A DNA stretch of 64,000 nucleotides from Tubiluchus corallicola (Eukaryota; Animalia; Priapulida): positions 124,001 through 188,000 of the forward strand of contig JAQGDQ010000077.1 of assembly GCA_030141605.1 (NCBI GenBank), in the 5' to 3' direction. Below are positions 36,757 through 51,200 of this stretch, one piece after another. A model generated the notes under the pieces. It made no database searches. It had not been told where the DNA came from and was given only the letters and a program-made list of their open reading frames with translations. Position 1 is the stretch's first letter, and each line of letters opens with the position of its first letter. Position numbers and translations under genes: made by a program.

Positions 36757-39618
36757 ATCTGCACATCAAATGGACTTACACTAGGTCTACTATCATCTGC
36801 ATTCAGTATTTTCGTAATTTTGCACCGCCCACTGCGCGTATGCTAATTAATGCACTTCTGGTAGCGCTATTTTTGCTTGTTGTTTTTCTGAAGTTTTAAC
36901 CTTGTTATTTTAGCGCAACGTATGTTATGTTAATTCTTATATGACTGATCGACAGACGCTTCCAAATATTGCTGCTATTTTGCCCGTTTCCCTAATTTAA
37001 TGTAAGAATGATAATTTAGAATTTTTAAAGTAATCGCCGTAGTTTTAATATAGTTTAATTATTTAGCTTGCCTTTGCGTTCACTATTCTAATGTTTTCAT
37101 GTGTGTGAATGAAGTTTTCAATTTTATCATTTTAATTGATGCCATTAATGATGTTAATTTCGTAATTAAGATGTGACTGATAGTTGATTTAGATTTTAGT
37201 TGCTACATCTTTAATTTAGTACAGTTTGTATATTATGGCTCCTTGCACTAGTAGATTGATGCGCACGAGCAGTATGCGTTATGATTTCGAAGCTTAGATT
37301 CTCAGCGCGGCGACACATGACGACTGTTACTGATTAGATATTTATTATACAGTTTATTCTTGTTATTTGTAGTGCACTAGTTATTTTCTATTTAATACAA
37401 TATTTATTCTACTTGAAATTAATCTTTTGTTCAGTCTAGTTTTGGTTATTCAATTATTAATATAATTATTTAGTATAAATATAAATTGGCTAAGGATTTT
37501 TCGAGGGACAGTAATTTGCACATACAGGCCTGGCAACGTCGATTTAACAACTTTAATTAACAACAAAGTGTTACGTCTTATACTTCTTGGTAATTAAACA
37601 AACAGCACGAAGAGATAAAAATTTTGCCCATAATTTGGATGCAGAAAATCACAATTAGAGATCTTTTTTGTAAGAAGAGCAGCGAACAGACACGAAATGA
37701 AAGATATAAGAAAATGACACTAGAATACATACCAGTTTTTTGCCTTACTAATGCTTACTTTTTGTTTTTTCGTTACCTCGTTTGATTCCGGTACTTATCG
37801 TGAATATAATTTTGTATCAACAATTTAGTGAGAAAAATATGCTAAGATAAGATAAACATTTCTTTCACGTCGATGTTAAAATCATACAACTACAGTACAA
37901 GCTGCAAGGGTTTATGTCACCGACGAATATGTTGGACGAGCATGCTGTGATAGCGGTGTATAGTCTACCGAAATCTTACAAGAACTAACAAAGCGCAGTA
38001 CAACTTTAGTTAAATAATATCGAATGGAACCTAATTTACACAATAATGTATTTACTATCATCACAGTAAATTTTATTTTCATAATCGTCAACAACAATTG
38101 CAAAACACAACAGCCGATACAAGCAGAAGTAGCAAAAACGTGCCGTTAATCCTACAAATCCATTTTTAATAATTCGGCTACATTAGGATGCTGATGATAA
38201 TCAATCTTTTATTTTAAAATATATGTATAGTAAAAAGCATGTCAGCAAGCAACTAAGTATTCCGAGTTTTATCTCATATCTACATAGCTTACATATTATA
38301 GTATACATATTTTCAACATTGCATATATAATGTTACTAAGACTGTCAGAAACTATAATCAGGAAAATACATTTGCGGCTATTGATATATTACGCAATGTT
38401 TACATCTATCTGAACACATTTATGCCCACTTTGTATTTGCGTTATATCATTAAAGATTCTTGCATAGCATTAAAATGAGCCAAATTTCTCGGAAACACTG
38501 CTATTTGCTATTTTTTCGGATGCTTTAGTCTCTTTTCTTAATTGGCTTGCTACTCCATCATGTCACAGACACAAAGTCACTGTCTATCTATCCCAGTCTG
38601 AACAAAAGGTCGCGAAAATTGCCCTGCCCTGTTAAAAAACTGATAGCCAATGACTCAACTCTCAGATGCGCGAAGTTTCAGATCAAGTGGTGCATAAGGT
38701 ATAACATAGTCCATTGAATCATTTGTTGTTGTGATTACTTTTTGTTGCTGTTTTTGTAAACGATTGTAGGCTTACCATCTGTGGGATACGCAAGGGTTCA
38801 TGTTTGCTTTCTAGTGTGTTAGATATGATTGGCAATATCATTTACAAGCGTAGTTACTAGATGCACATTCCATGTGCTGCTTAAATACTAGTTCGTTTTC
38901 ACAATAGGCATATTATATTATACAATACACGTTGATAATATTTATTATGACAATCGTCTGTTTTCTCCACTTGAAAGACTGTCCCGTTGGATAAACCCCT
39001 GTCTTACAATGTCTGAATTTAGCTCCATTATGAGTGAAAACTTGATGGACATGACCTCTGCGAAACTGCCCAGTGGTGGCAATCCGCTTATCAATTCTAA
39101 CTTTTCTTTGAGAAAACTATAATCAGTTGCATTTACGTAATACAGGCAGTCGTCAACTTATGTTACTACTGTTCGACTTTAGGACCCGTCTAGAACTTAA
39201 TTAATTAATTGTACAAAACTAATTATAACTGATATTACAAATTGATTTTGAATCACTATCTGTTTCGACAATTCATTCATAGGCGTCGCCATACTTAGCG
39301 AGCGCGTACCATAGATAATAATTACGTAGTAGCATAAATATCTATGGTGCGTACACATACACAACATCCCAAGCGTAAGAGCGCACCACTTGAACATACG
39401 GGTTTGACTTACATCCAAGATTCCAAGTTGTCTTATAAGTAATCCGCCGAATCTGATTGTGGTTGTGAGTTGATGAGTAGCTGTACTGGACATACAGTAA
39501 GAGATGAAAATATTATAGACAAAGGTTCTAATTGACACCGATGTATAATTCTGTTAATACACCTTTTTGCAATTTTATGCTTTACATGCTTGACTTCTTT
39601 TTCAGTTTTAAGACAAAT

Positions 39619-39701
39619 ATGGTCGACTATAAAAAGATCTGTTTATCACATTTTGGTACCGCGGTTTAATGGTGGACAGAAATAGTGACAAGCTGACATG
39701 A
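39619..39701 (+). promoter_or_regulatory. Two chained uORFs in the predicted DHX36 5' leader
   Basis: uORF1 39619-39669 MVDYKKICLSHFGTAV*; uORF2 39669-39701 [10 protein letters not shown]. Overlaps are TAATG and ATGA, the latter with the DHX36 start at 39698. Both lie downstream of the acceptor CTTCTTTTTCAG (39605). Confidence 0.55.
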
Positions 39702-42700
39702 GCATGTCTGACAGTGTCCGAGCAGGATATGGTCGAGTCAGAGGTCGGGGCAGAGGCAGGCCTCCTGGCTTAAGAGGAAAGGAGATTGGGCTATGGTATG
39801 CAAAACGCTCACAGCATAAGAGACAAGCTAGAGAGAAAAAGGAGGTAAGTTAAACCAACCTTTATTTTTTCAGTTCTGTTTAGTAATGTAATTTAAGAAA
39901 TTTCCATTTTGTACATTTTTCTACAATTATAAATGACCACTTTGATTTGTGTGGTTTAATTTCCAGAAAATTTTTGTATTTTTTAGGATCCCATAAGTGT
40001 TAGAAAGAGCTTGTAAGTGTTAAAAAAAGCTCGGTTATTTTTGAAATATTATAGTTTTGTTTTCAATTTTTTGGCTTCCAAAAATATTGCTGTATAGAAA
40101 TATGTTTAGCAACTTCTGTGCGTAACTTGTTACCAAAGTTTCTGACAGTTTTGAGTAGTAGTGACACTAGTGTAGTGTCTCTGTGCAGTGCCACTACAAA
40201 AATTAGTAGCACTGGAGTACTTCGGAATTGTGTAGTGGTAGATTTCAGTTTTTTAAGCAGTGTCGTAATTGCACTATAGCTTTATATTTCGCATTTTTCA
40301 AGTTTTTTAAGCAGTGTCGTAATTGCACTATAGCTTTATATTTCACTTTTTGGCAGTTTTTTTAATGTCTGCATAGCGAGTTGTGTTTTCATAGCAGCTG
40401 CAGACTTCTGTTTTTCTAGCCAATTAACTGTGTACTTGTAGTTGCTATGATATCGGGTACAGTAAAGCAAGATTTTAATGTTTTATGTGTTCAATGGTTA
40501 TTTGTTAACAAAACATATTCTAGTTTGTAGACATACTTTACTATGCATTTGAAGGACGGGTTTACTGAATTTTCACTTGCAATTCAAAACAGAAACTTGC
40601 TTAAAATTGCATTTTTTGTAATAATACATAAAATGCATTGTACACAGAGGTCATGGTTTGAACATGTAATATGATGACTTGTAGCTTTTTGGTTATTGGT
40701 GGAAGTATTTCATTTGCTAAGAACTTTCTTTCCTCTAAAGTCAAACCTTTTAAGCAGGTGTGTGTTACTAGCTAGTGCAAATTTATTTAGTGCATTTCTT
40801 TAAAAATACTTCAAACTTCCCAATTTTCTTCTTTACTAAGAAAGTCTCAACAGCTGTGCTATATATATCATATAGTTTTCATCCATTTCTCCAGAAATTT
40901 TTCATTTTACTAGTAGTAAATTGTTTAATTGTAGACATCAATGGTGCATATGGATCAAGCTAAAGAACATCATATCACACAGTTACTTGATGATATTGCT
41001 GAATCCCGAGAAGCAACTCAATCATTGACATCGTTATCAACATCTTTTCCCATATCATCATCGTCATCGATTGGTTCATTGCCAGGTCCTTCATCAGCGG
41101 CTGAAAGCAACTCATCATCGTTTTGTAAAAACTTTAAGCAGGAAGATGTTGTTTCAAATCAGAGTTGTACAAGAAATAATCTTGACCACCACGTATCGCA
41201 TATGAAGCATACTGTGAAATCGGAGGAATCATTTGATGTTGACAATGATGACAGTGTGTGGTTTGAGGAACCTCCCAATGATATTGTCTTAGATGATTTT
41301 AGCATACAGTTGGAAAAGATCAATGAAGCAAATCGTTCCACTAGCAAAAGCCTGATTACATCGGTGAAAACTGAACTTACTAAAAATTCAGAATTAGATG
41401 ATAGACTGAAAAATGAGCTGGTACTTAAGCAGTCTGATGCTAGTTATCAGAAAATGCTGGAGTTTAGAACGAAATTGCCTGCTTTTGATAAACAGACAGT
41501 ATGTTGTTTATTACGTTATTAGTTATTAGTTATTATGTTTTCCAGCTTTCTATTTTTATTTGATCACTTTCTACTACAACTTTCTATTCACATATGATTA
41601 CCTGTTTTTATTTGCATTGCTAACTAGACTTAATTTTATTTATTTATAAATCCATTTATTCATTTATTTTTTTGTAATTAGCTGATTTTGTCATTCATTT
41701 ACTCATTCACACATGTGTATTAATGCATCATTTGTCCATTTTTTGTTAGTTAGTTTATATGTGTTTACAACCTTTGGACAATGCAGTAAAACTGCTACAA
41801 AAAATATTCTTACAAAGTTAATATAAATACAATATATGAAAGACAGAGTGTACAATTAGTATTTGTATAACAATTAGGTAAGCGTATTAATTAATAAAAA
41901 AAGACAGTCACAATCTAGTAAGTATGAGGTAGACAAATGAATAGTAATATAACATTATAAGCTGATCTTATTGAAAAATGTTTAGTTTCTTTAATATAAT
42001 TATTCACTTATTTCTTTAATATATATATATGTATGTAATATAAGTATCCTACAATTTATTAAGATATTACTGTCCTGGAAACCATTAAGTAAAATGTGTA
42101 TTTTATCAGCACCCGTTGACAAATTAGCAAATAACTTATTAAACATAATTTTTTTTATAAAGTGTTTTCTCCTATTCAGCTAGCTTTTAGTAACATAGGT
42201 TTGTCTCAATTTACAGTACTTTTGATACTGATCATATTAGATTTTGTAATATAGGTGCTAGTTGCTGTTTTTATAGGAAATACTGGAGATGATTCGAGCT
42301 AATCAAGTGGTGGTGATCAGTGGAGAGACAGGGTGTGGAAAAACTACTCAGGTATCGCAGTTCATTCTTGACGACTGCATCCAACGTGGCAATGGATCAT
42401 TGTGTAACGTTGTATGCACTCAACCTCGCCGTATCAGTGCTATATCCGTAAGTTAATCCACAGTCGACATTTGTCTTTCATCATTTGTTTTACATTTAAA
42501 TGTACAATTATTTACTTTACTTTTTCTGATCTTATTAAAGACAAATATGGGCAATTGTATAAATAGCTTCACACTGGCAGATAAAATAGCATACAGACTG
42601 ATAAAAGAGTGCAGTTTCATAATTGTACAGTAAATGCTGCTGTTGTCTTTCTTAGTATTGTAACATTTTCTTCATTTTCTCTACATAGTGTTTTAAAGTC

Positions 42701-45428
42701 TTAAATATTTATGCATTTTGATTAATCAAATTTCCATTGGTTTCCCAACTCAAAACCCAACTGTAATGTGTAACTAGCACATGCTATTATCTAACTTGAG
42801 ACACTCGTACTGGGCTGGACCAACCACACTGCCCAGTTGCTCATGCTGAGTTTTTCAAACATACATCTAGTCAACCCTCTTTGGTTCTTTTTGAACTTTG
42901 CACCAGAATTGCATAATAAAAACAACTAGAAATGAAAAAGTGCATACGTTAGGCATTCAATACACTTGATGATTCTAAAAGTTTGTGCGGCTATGTTCAC
43001 ATAGTAATATTTTGTTGCAGGTTGCAGAAAGAGTAGCGGAAGAACGGGCAGAGCCTTGTGGAGCTTGCAACAGTGTTGGTTACCAGATCCGCCTCCAAAC
43101 TGCCTTCCCTAGAGAACAAGGAAGTATCCTGTATTGTACTACAGGAATCATGTTAAAGTGGCTGGAAGATGATCCGTAAGATGTGATGATCATGATAAAA
43201 ATAAGAAATATTTATTTTGCAATCATTGAAATTGTAGATATCTTTAATAAGAGATTTGCTTTAATAATAAACACACCGTAATTGTATTTTTACTTTTTAC
43301 AGTTGTGACTGTAATAACTAATGACATCTGCACTCCAATAAGCAGTCTAATAATAATATCACTTATGGGTGGACCAAAAATGTGAAGAATATTAATGGAT
43401 TAATATTGAGATAAAGAACACCTGTTTTGCCAGTGACGTTTTATATTTTGTAGTTTGTTGTCACGGACAAGTCATGTGATCTTGGATGAAATTCATGAGA
43501 GAGATTTACACTCTGATTTTCTCCTTATTATCGTGAAGGATATTTTGTCATATCGACCTAATCTCAAACTTGTTTTAATGAGTGCAACACTTAATGCTGA
43601 CCACTTTTCCAAGTACTATGGTAAAGCTTTGTTTGTTAAGATCTGTAAAAAGTTTTGTATTTAAATTGTGTTGCGACATAGTATACTTGAGCATTAATAA
43701 TGCAAAATAACGTTTTACTTGCTCTTTTTTATGTTACTGACCCAATGTAAATTGCCCTGTACTCCCAGAAAGGGCATTTAAGGAAAGAGTTGTATTTCGT
43801 GTTTAGTAATAATAATTAACAGTAAAAACTCTAGAAGAATCTCCCTTGCGCCCGGGGACGATTGCCCCCTGTCGCCTCCTTGCTATGCCTCTAAGATGAA
43901 GATTAGCTCCTATCTTTAAATCAATTTACTGAACTTGTATGAGTGCCTGTTCATTCTCAGTTATGAAAGCTTTTTATCCAGAGCACTTACAACTTTGGCT
44001 GTGTGTGCTGCTGGTAGAGGTGAGTAATCTCTACCAGAAAGCAAAATTGAATCGAATCAAATTTGTGACTTTCGAATTTGAATCGAACCGAACTTCAATA
44101 TTTTGAAATTGAATTGAGACTGAAAGACTTTCTAACAAGTTTTCGAATCAGCAGTAAAAATAAGTCTTGCAAAGATAATGCATATTACTTGATTTTATTA
44201 TACAGTAAAACCACTAATAATTTGTTTAAAATGTACACAGAAAATCACAGCTAAATTATGCTAATTGCATGATGCTTCAATCATTTTAATGATAAAGCGC
44301 ATATGTGATTGAAGTGCTGAATTATTCGAATCTAGATTTAGGTTCGAATCGAAATCGAACTAAAAAACTCGAACGTTTGATGTTCACCCCTAGCTGCTGG
44401 GTTCTTACTGTGCTATCTGGTATAAGATCTATAGTTCTAATGGTTTAATTACTTATTCATTGACCACATGCTTGCAACTTTCTGGTAATGCCACTTTTCT
44501 AAGTTTTCCTATTTTTGCAATTTTTGTAATGAAGCATACTGCCCCTCCACTGCAACAACTGCAACAGTATTTCAATGAGTATGCATATATATCACAATGT
44601 AAATATAATACAAAATATTTTTTTTTGTTTGGACTGTTAAAAGTAATTTGGAAAACAACATCATCATGGTCATGCAGAGTCACTGAATTAAGAATAAATA
44701 TAATATTATCAGTTTCTACTTATAACCTAACACCATCATTATTTAGATAGTTATTTTCAGATAACTGTTTTGCTTATTAATTATTATGATTACAGGTAGT
44801 TGTCCAATGATTCACATTCCTGGTTTTACCTTTCCTGTGAAAGAGCTTCTGATAGAAGATGTGATTGAAAAAATAAAGTAAGTTCATTTGACTGAAGAAC
44901 TATTAGAGGTGCAAGGGGACTACAGCTCTGTTTATAAATACAGTGTTCTACATGAATTTCCACTCGTTTTTCTGCTGTTAATTTCTCTATGGTTTTTCCA
45001 CATGCGTTGTTTATACAAAATTCAGCAAGCTGTGTGGAAAAAGCATTAGCCATGTGGTTTTCTGCACTGATTGCTTTCTAAGCATTTTTTTTCAAAATCC
45101 ACACAGATTTTTTGTAGACATCCATCAGAACTGGGCTTTGTTTAAGTCTGTTATTATGTCATCAGCAAAGGTCGTGCTGTAGCTACTAGCCAGACCTACA
45201 GGAACAAAGATTCCAGTCTTTGTTTATTAGGTGTACAGTGACAGAGAAAATCGAAACAATCATTTTAGAAGTGAAGTACTTCACACAAATTTTTGAAAAA
45301 AAAACAAAAACAGCAGAATTGGATTTATTTATTATCTTTCTGGGTGTCATTCTGTCTATCTACCATCCATCCACCTTTTACAGAATAATTTGTTTGTCTT
45401 CTGTTTGTGTGTTCGTCTCTCTTTCTCC

Positions 45429-45510
<82 letters not shown>

Positions 45511-48223
45511 CTCTCTCTGTCTCCTCCCTCTTCCTGTCCCTGTAGTGAAAAGGGCGTAAATATGCCAATTTTTTGGGCTTCCTGAAATTATTTCTTTTTT
45601 TAATGACAATAAACTAGACCTGCTTTTTAGTATACTGTCATTATGCCAGTTTGAAATGTTGTGCATGTATAACAATCGTGCAAAACCAGTTCTGGAATAT
45701 TTACAAGCCAAGATGGTCTAACTGATTCCTCCTGTGGCACCCTCCTGTTTGTTAGGGAATAGGAATTTTTTCAGTATTTAAAATTGGATTGCAACAGTGT
45801 AGAGTAATTAACGATACTTGAAAGTAAGTGCTAGAGTGTCCTAGCGGTGAGGCTTAGTTTTATTCTGTGTGCAAGGTAGTAGCCTTTCAGGGCTCATTAC
45901 ACCATTAATCAATAATATTTGCTTAGTGGAGAGAATGAACATTCATGTAATTTATTGTGAGTGATTGTAAATCTTATGTGTTTTTCAGTTACCTCAAGTA
46001 TTTGTACTTATTCTTACACCGTTGCTGCTCGCTGTCAATTTTACCTTATTTGTCTGATATTTGAAAAGAATGCTTATTGATAGAATGCTTATTGATCTTG
46101 GTCCTACTTGTTATCTTGTTCAGCTAATGCATAAATTTTGGTGCATTTAATTCACTTAAGATAAGTTTTTCTTTACTGTATGTATGAAAAGTTTGGATTT
46201 TTTTTGTTTATCGAACTTCAGTTATTATCCTCGTGATCAGCTTTACATAAAGAAACAAAGGCCTCGCCATTTAGAAAGAAGGAAACAGCGGCTACAGCGA
46301 GCAGACGAACTTGCAATGGAGCAGGCGTACGATGGTCAATTTTCAGTGTTTCTACATACTCTGCGTAACAAATACAGCAGACAGACCATAGAGGCATTAA
46401 AAGTATTGAATCAGGACGTGATCAATTTAGAATTGATTACAGCTTTGATTAAGTACATTGTGAAAGCAATGGGTGTGAGTATAACATTTTGTCTTATGGA
46501 AGTTGGGCAAACTGTCATTCCTTGTCCATCTGAAATAAATATCACTCGTCATTGTTTGTTTAAAGTAGTTGAGTCTAGTGGTATTAACTAGTTGATTTGT
46601 AATGCTATTCTTTGAGTTACTTGTTACTAGCCAGTTATCGTAAAAATGAAAAGTTATACTTTTTGTTAAGGAAGGTGCTATACTGACATTTCTACCTGGG
46701 TGGGCTGATATTGGTTCATTACACAAGCTTTTACTTAAAGACACAATGTTTAGTAGTCGACAGTAAGTTCCAATTTTTTTCTTTTTTCCATAACAATATA
46801 ACATTTGTAAAATACTGTTATGATTGAGTTTATATGTTTTCTAAAAGAAATCCTTGACTCAAATTCAGACTCATTTCTATTTTTTATATCTATATGTTTA
46901 AATTAAAATTAGGTTTAAGAATTTGTTAGTTGTAAATTTATTACATCAATAACTGATAATCTTGAAACTAAAATTACAATTAATTTTGCATTTCATTTCT
47001 GCTCCATTTCAAAGATAGGCTCTTTATTGTGTGACATCTCACATTTATTCCTACATGAAATGAATAAAAGTAAAAGTGGTGCTGGACAACAAATGACAAA
47101 ATTTCATGCTGCTGCCATTTTGTGTTCACTATCTGTTCACTGCTTACAGTTTAGCCATCACACTTACAGGCTAGAGTTTAGGAATTTGTTTAATACCCAG
47201 CACTGATACATGTTTTTGGTGAAAGAAGTTTGATTATGGTTATAAGTACACAAGGTTGGTTACTTTAGCTTTATGTTTTATCTACATTTTCAGTCTAGTA
47301 ATAGTCTATGAATTTTTTTCTAGATTTCTCATAATTCCTTTACATTCCATGATGCCCACGGTTAATCAGAAAGAAGTGTTTAATCGGCCACCACCAGGGG
47401 TCAGGAAAATCATATTAGCAACAAATATTGCAGAAACCAGGTACCAGTACAGTGTATAACAATTACAAAAACAGAAGTTTTGAAGATTTACAGAGAAGAA
47501 AAAAAGCTGATGTGATTTATTAATCAAAAAAGTATTATATATACTATATTGTGATCTTGAAATGGTAGTAATGGTGCGAGGGAATGCAACAGCAGCAGTG
47601 GTGCCACTTATAATGACAATGGCGCACAATAACCTTTAGTGGTGGTGAAATATAATCTCACTCTTTACTAATTTGTTATATTTTTAGTTGAATGTATTTA
47701 TAGTTACAAGCACTTTAGAATATTTACCTAATAGTGTACCTTAAATTTATATATTTTCAGTATTACAATTGATGATGTTGTTTATGTAATTGATTGCGGA
47801 AAAATTAAACTGAAGAATTTTGAAGTTGAAAATAACATTACCACTCTTAAGCCAGAGTGGGTGAGCTTAGCCAATGCGAAACAACGACGAGGGAGGGCTG
47901 GCAGGTGGGAAGCTTAATTCTTTGTTTCCTGTAAAAAATGTTTCATATGGAAGTATTTACAAAGGTAGTTTTGTTATAACATGCTTTAATTAACTAGCTG
48001 TAGCATTTGTGAACTGTTTACAGGTTGGATTAATTAACTGATCTTAACCTGAACCTGATTGAACTAAGTTTAAATAAAATTTGAAACTGGTTGGCATCTA
48101 TCTGTATTTGTTTTGATGATTTTTATTTAGGAACCTGACGATTGAATCTCTAATTGCTTTTCAAATTTTTCGTATGTCTGTGTGTGTGTGTGTGCGTGCG
48201 TGCGTGCATGAGTGAGTGAGTGA

Positions 48224-48287
<64 letters not shown>

Positions 48288-51200
48288 CTAAAACAATAAC
48301 AGTATTACTAAAAAATTTAGTAGTAAATTTACTAAATTATGGTACATCATTTAATGACTACGTACTTACAATTCAGAGATCCTCAAACTTTTTAGACCAT
48401 GGAGTCCTTTATTTCTCATCAACCACCGGGCATGTAAGAAAAATAAAAATTGATAATAGTTAAGTAAATGTCCTGTTTCCACATGCAGTAGTGAGAGGAA
48501 CTGCATACCAAACCCTGCTTTCCATATACGTCAGTAAGGGAAACTGCGTACCAAGTTGCAAACTTGTACAAGTATTTCAAACCTGTTGTTCTGTATCCCC
48601 TACCCCCATGAATATCTCTCATGAAAGAAAGTTTAAAGGAAAAAAACTGTTCACTATTATTGAAGAAATCATAAGCAATGTACAAAATACTGTATTGTAA
48701 AATACTGTTCAAAATATTGTCGAGTATAATATTGGAATTCAACATAAAAGTGTCTAAACTTATTGAAATACATGAAAACACATCATGATAAATGACTATG
48801 TCACATGAAATACTAGCAAATAAAATAGAGAGAAGAATCTGAGAAGACTTTGGAGACACCTGACTGTTGCGTTGTCAAAAACAAATGGTATGTGTTGAAC
48901 TAGGAACGAGTGCTTGGCTCGTATTAAGTGAATATAATGTGTGAATAACAAATTTGTTTGGTGTAACACCATTTTTTACATTTCAGGGTACAACCTGGTT
49001 ATTGTTTCCATTTGTATGATAAGTTGCGTGAATCTCTACTAGAATCATACTTGCTACCAGAGATTTTGAGGACTCCTTTGGAAGAACTCTGCCTGCAGAT
49101 AAAACTGTTACGGCTGGGAAAAATAGAACCGTTTGTGCAAAAAGCTATAGAGCCGCCATCTTTAGATGCGTTGACGCTTGCTATTCATAATCTAGTCACA
49201 CTGGTATAAGAGTTTACAGTAAAAATATTCACCTTTTCTTTTACTTGTGGGTTAGTCATAGAGCTTTTGCTTCAGCTTGCACATTTGCCTAGGGGTTGTA
49301 ATTTTTCTGCAAGAAGAATGAAGTCCAGTGCAAGTTTCAACTAACTTGCATTACGAAATTGTTTTACTTTCTCATAATCTCATGCTAACAAAGTACTTAT
49401 GTTTTGTGATATCATCCATTATCTATTTTTCTTTCAAACAGCCTTGTTGTGTGCATGTTTCTTTAAAATTTATCTTGTTTACCTTGCAAACTACTGTTGC
49501 TCTGCTTTTTTCTTCAAGTGAATAATGTAATACATAAAATTACTTAAATTTTGTTTACTAATTCATGCTTTTTTTACACATTGTCTCAATATAAGTAACA
49601 TTAATTTATTGGATGCAAGTAAATTTTGAAACTTTTGCAAGATCTACCTTTCCTTACAGAATGCTCTTACAGAGAGTGAAGATTTGACACCGCTAGGTTT
49701 CCATCTTGCACGATTGCCAATGGACCCCCACACTGGGAAGATGATATTATATGCTGCCATTTTTTCCTGCCTGGACCCAGTTCTCACTGTTGCTGCAAGT
49801 CTCAGTTTTAAAGATGCATTTGTTATTCCTTTGGTAAGTAGCTAAATCTCAAGATTAGGTACCAACAGCCTGAATCCGCCACTGCTGGGGGAAATGCCAT
49901 CTCTACAAAATACAAGTTACATCATGAGTCACTAGCACATACCCTTAATGGGTGGAACATCATGTTAAACCAAAATAAATATACCTGGATCATGACTTTA
50001 TTTTACTTCATCTCTGTAAATTTCTTGAAACATCACTAAATGAAAACAAAATTCTCACCATATGAAGACATTGAAAATTGGCATACACAGAATAAGATAT
50101 ACAATATATTGGACAGTGTAACTAACTAAAAAATAACTGTAGTTCTCTAGCTTTACAAATATTTTGGCAAGTTATTGAGTTGTTCCAGTTAAGTATTACT
50201 CAAATTAGTTAAAGGGTTAATTTTGATTGATACTCCAAATTACTGGCCATTGTTTCATCATATTGGTGAAGTAGCCCTCTGATTTTGCACACTCATTTTG
50301 TGTTTAGGGTAAAGAGAAACAAGCCGATGAGAGGAGACGGGAGCTTGCACAGAGTAGCCGTAGTGACCACATCATGCTCATCAATGCATTTCGTGGATGG
50401 GAACGAGTATCCCGTTATGGTAATGCTCGTAATTATTGCTGGGATAACTTTCTTTCTGAAAGTGCATTACAGGTAATGTACTGGCTAATTAATTTTTTGG
50501 CATTATGAATTTATTATTTGTGTTTTTTGTAATAATTCTTTCAAGTTTCAGTTTGAGAGTGCTACTCACTGAGCAGAATCAGATGCATGCACATTACAGC
50601 TGCAGTAAGATCAATGTTTGCCTACTTTTGGAGTTATTACCATTTCTGTGATGTTTGGTAATCGACTTCGACTTCTTATACAACAGAAGATAGCTTGACA
50701 TATAACAAAATATAATACCAATTTATCAGTGAGTTACAATGTTGTTTAACTCTGGACTGCACCATTTGTCCAGTCTTATAAGACCTATGACTTTTCTACT
50801 TACTATACGAGCGCAGACTTATCTAAATGATTACAAATTAGGTACTGTTCTATTGAAGAGAATCTCGACTATCCAGTCATGCAATTTGTTTAAGCATTTA
50901 TAAGAGATTTAGTTAAAAACAATTAAGAAAAACACGCCATTTGCAGGCACTCCAACTTGGTCTGGTGTGCACTTGTGTGATCCTACATACTATTTTATTG
51001 ATCGCCTGTTTGCTACAGCCCACGAGAACTGTTTGCTGTGCAGAATTCCAGGAAAAACCAATCGATCAGCCAAGGACAAAATAAGGTTGTCTCATCTTTT
51101 AACAGAAATTTCTCCTTAAAAATAGATTGTACTTTATGCCGAAGTGTATCAGACTGTTGTGTCCGGGTAGTTAAAATTTTCTGCATTAGCAGATTTCACA

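Noticed and set aside
36757-37500. CPE-like TTTTAAT elements in the homeobox 3'UTR
   Set aside because: Expected by chance in very T-rich sequence, and no clear AATAAA partner.
38600-39415. Multi-exon minus-strand gene suggested by three GTAAG donors (39412, 39007, 38775)
   Set aside because: No phase-consistent, recognisable ORF could be assembled. The donors are only mildly above chance in AT-rich DNA.
45220-45711. ORFs with SLSL/ERER runs
   Set aside because: Translations of a (CT)n microsatellite.
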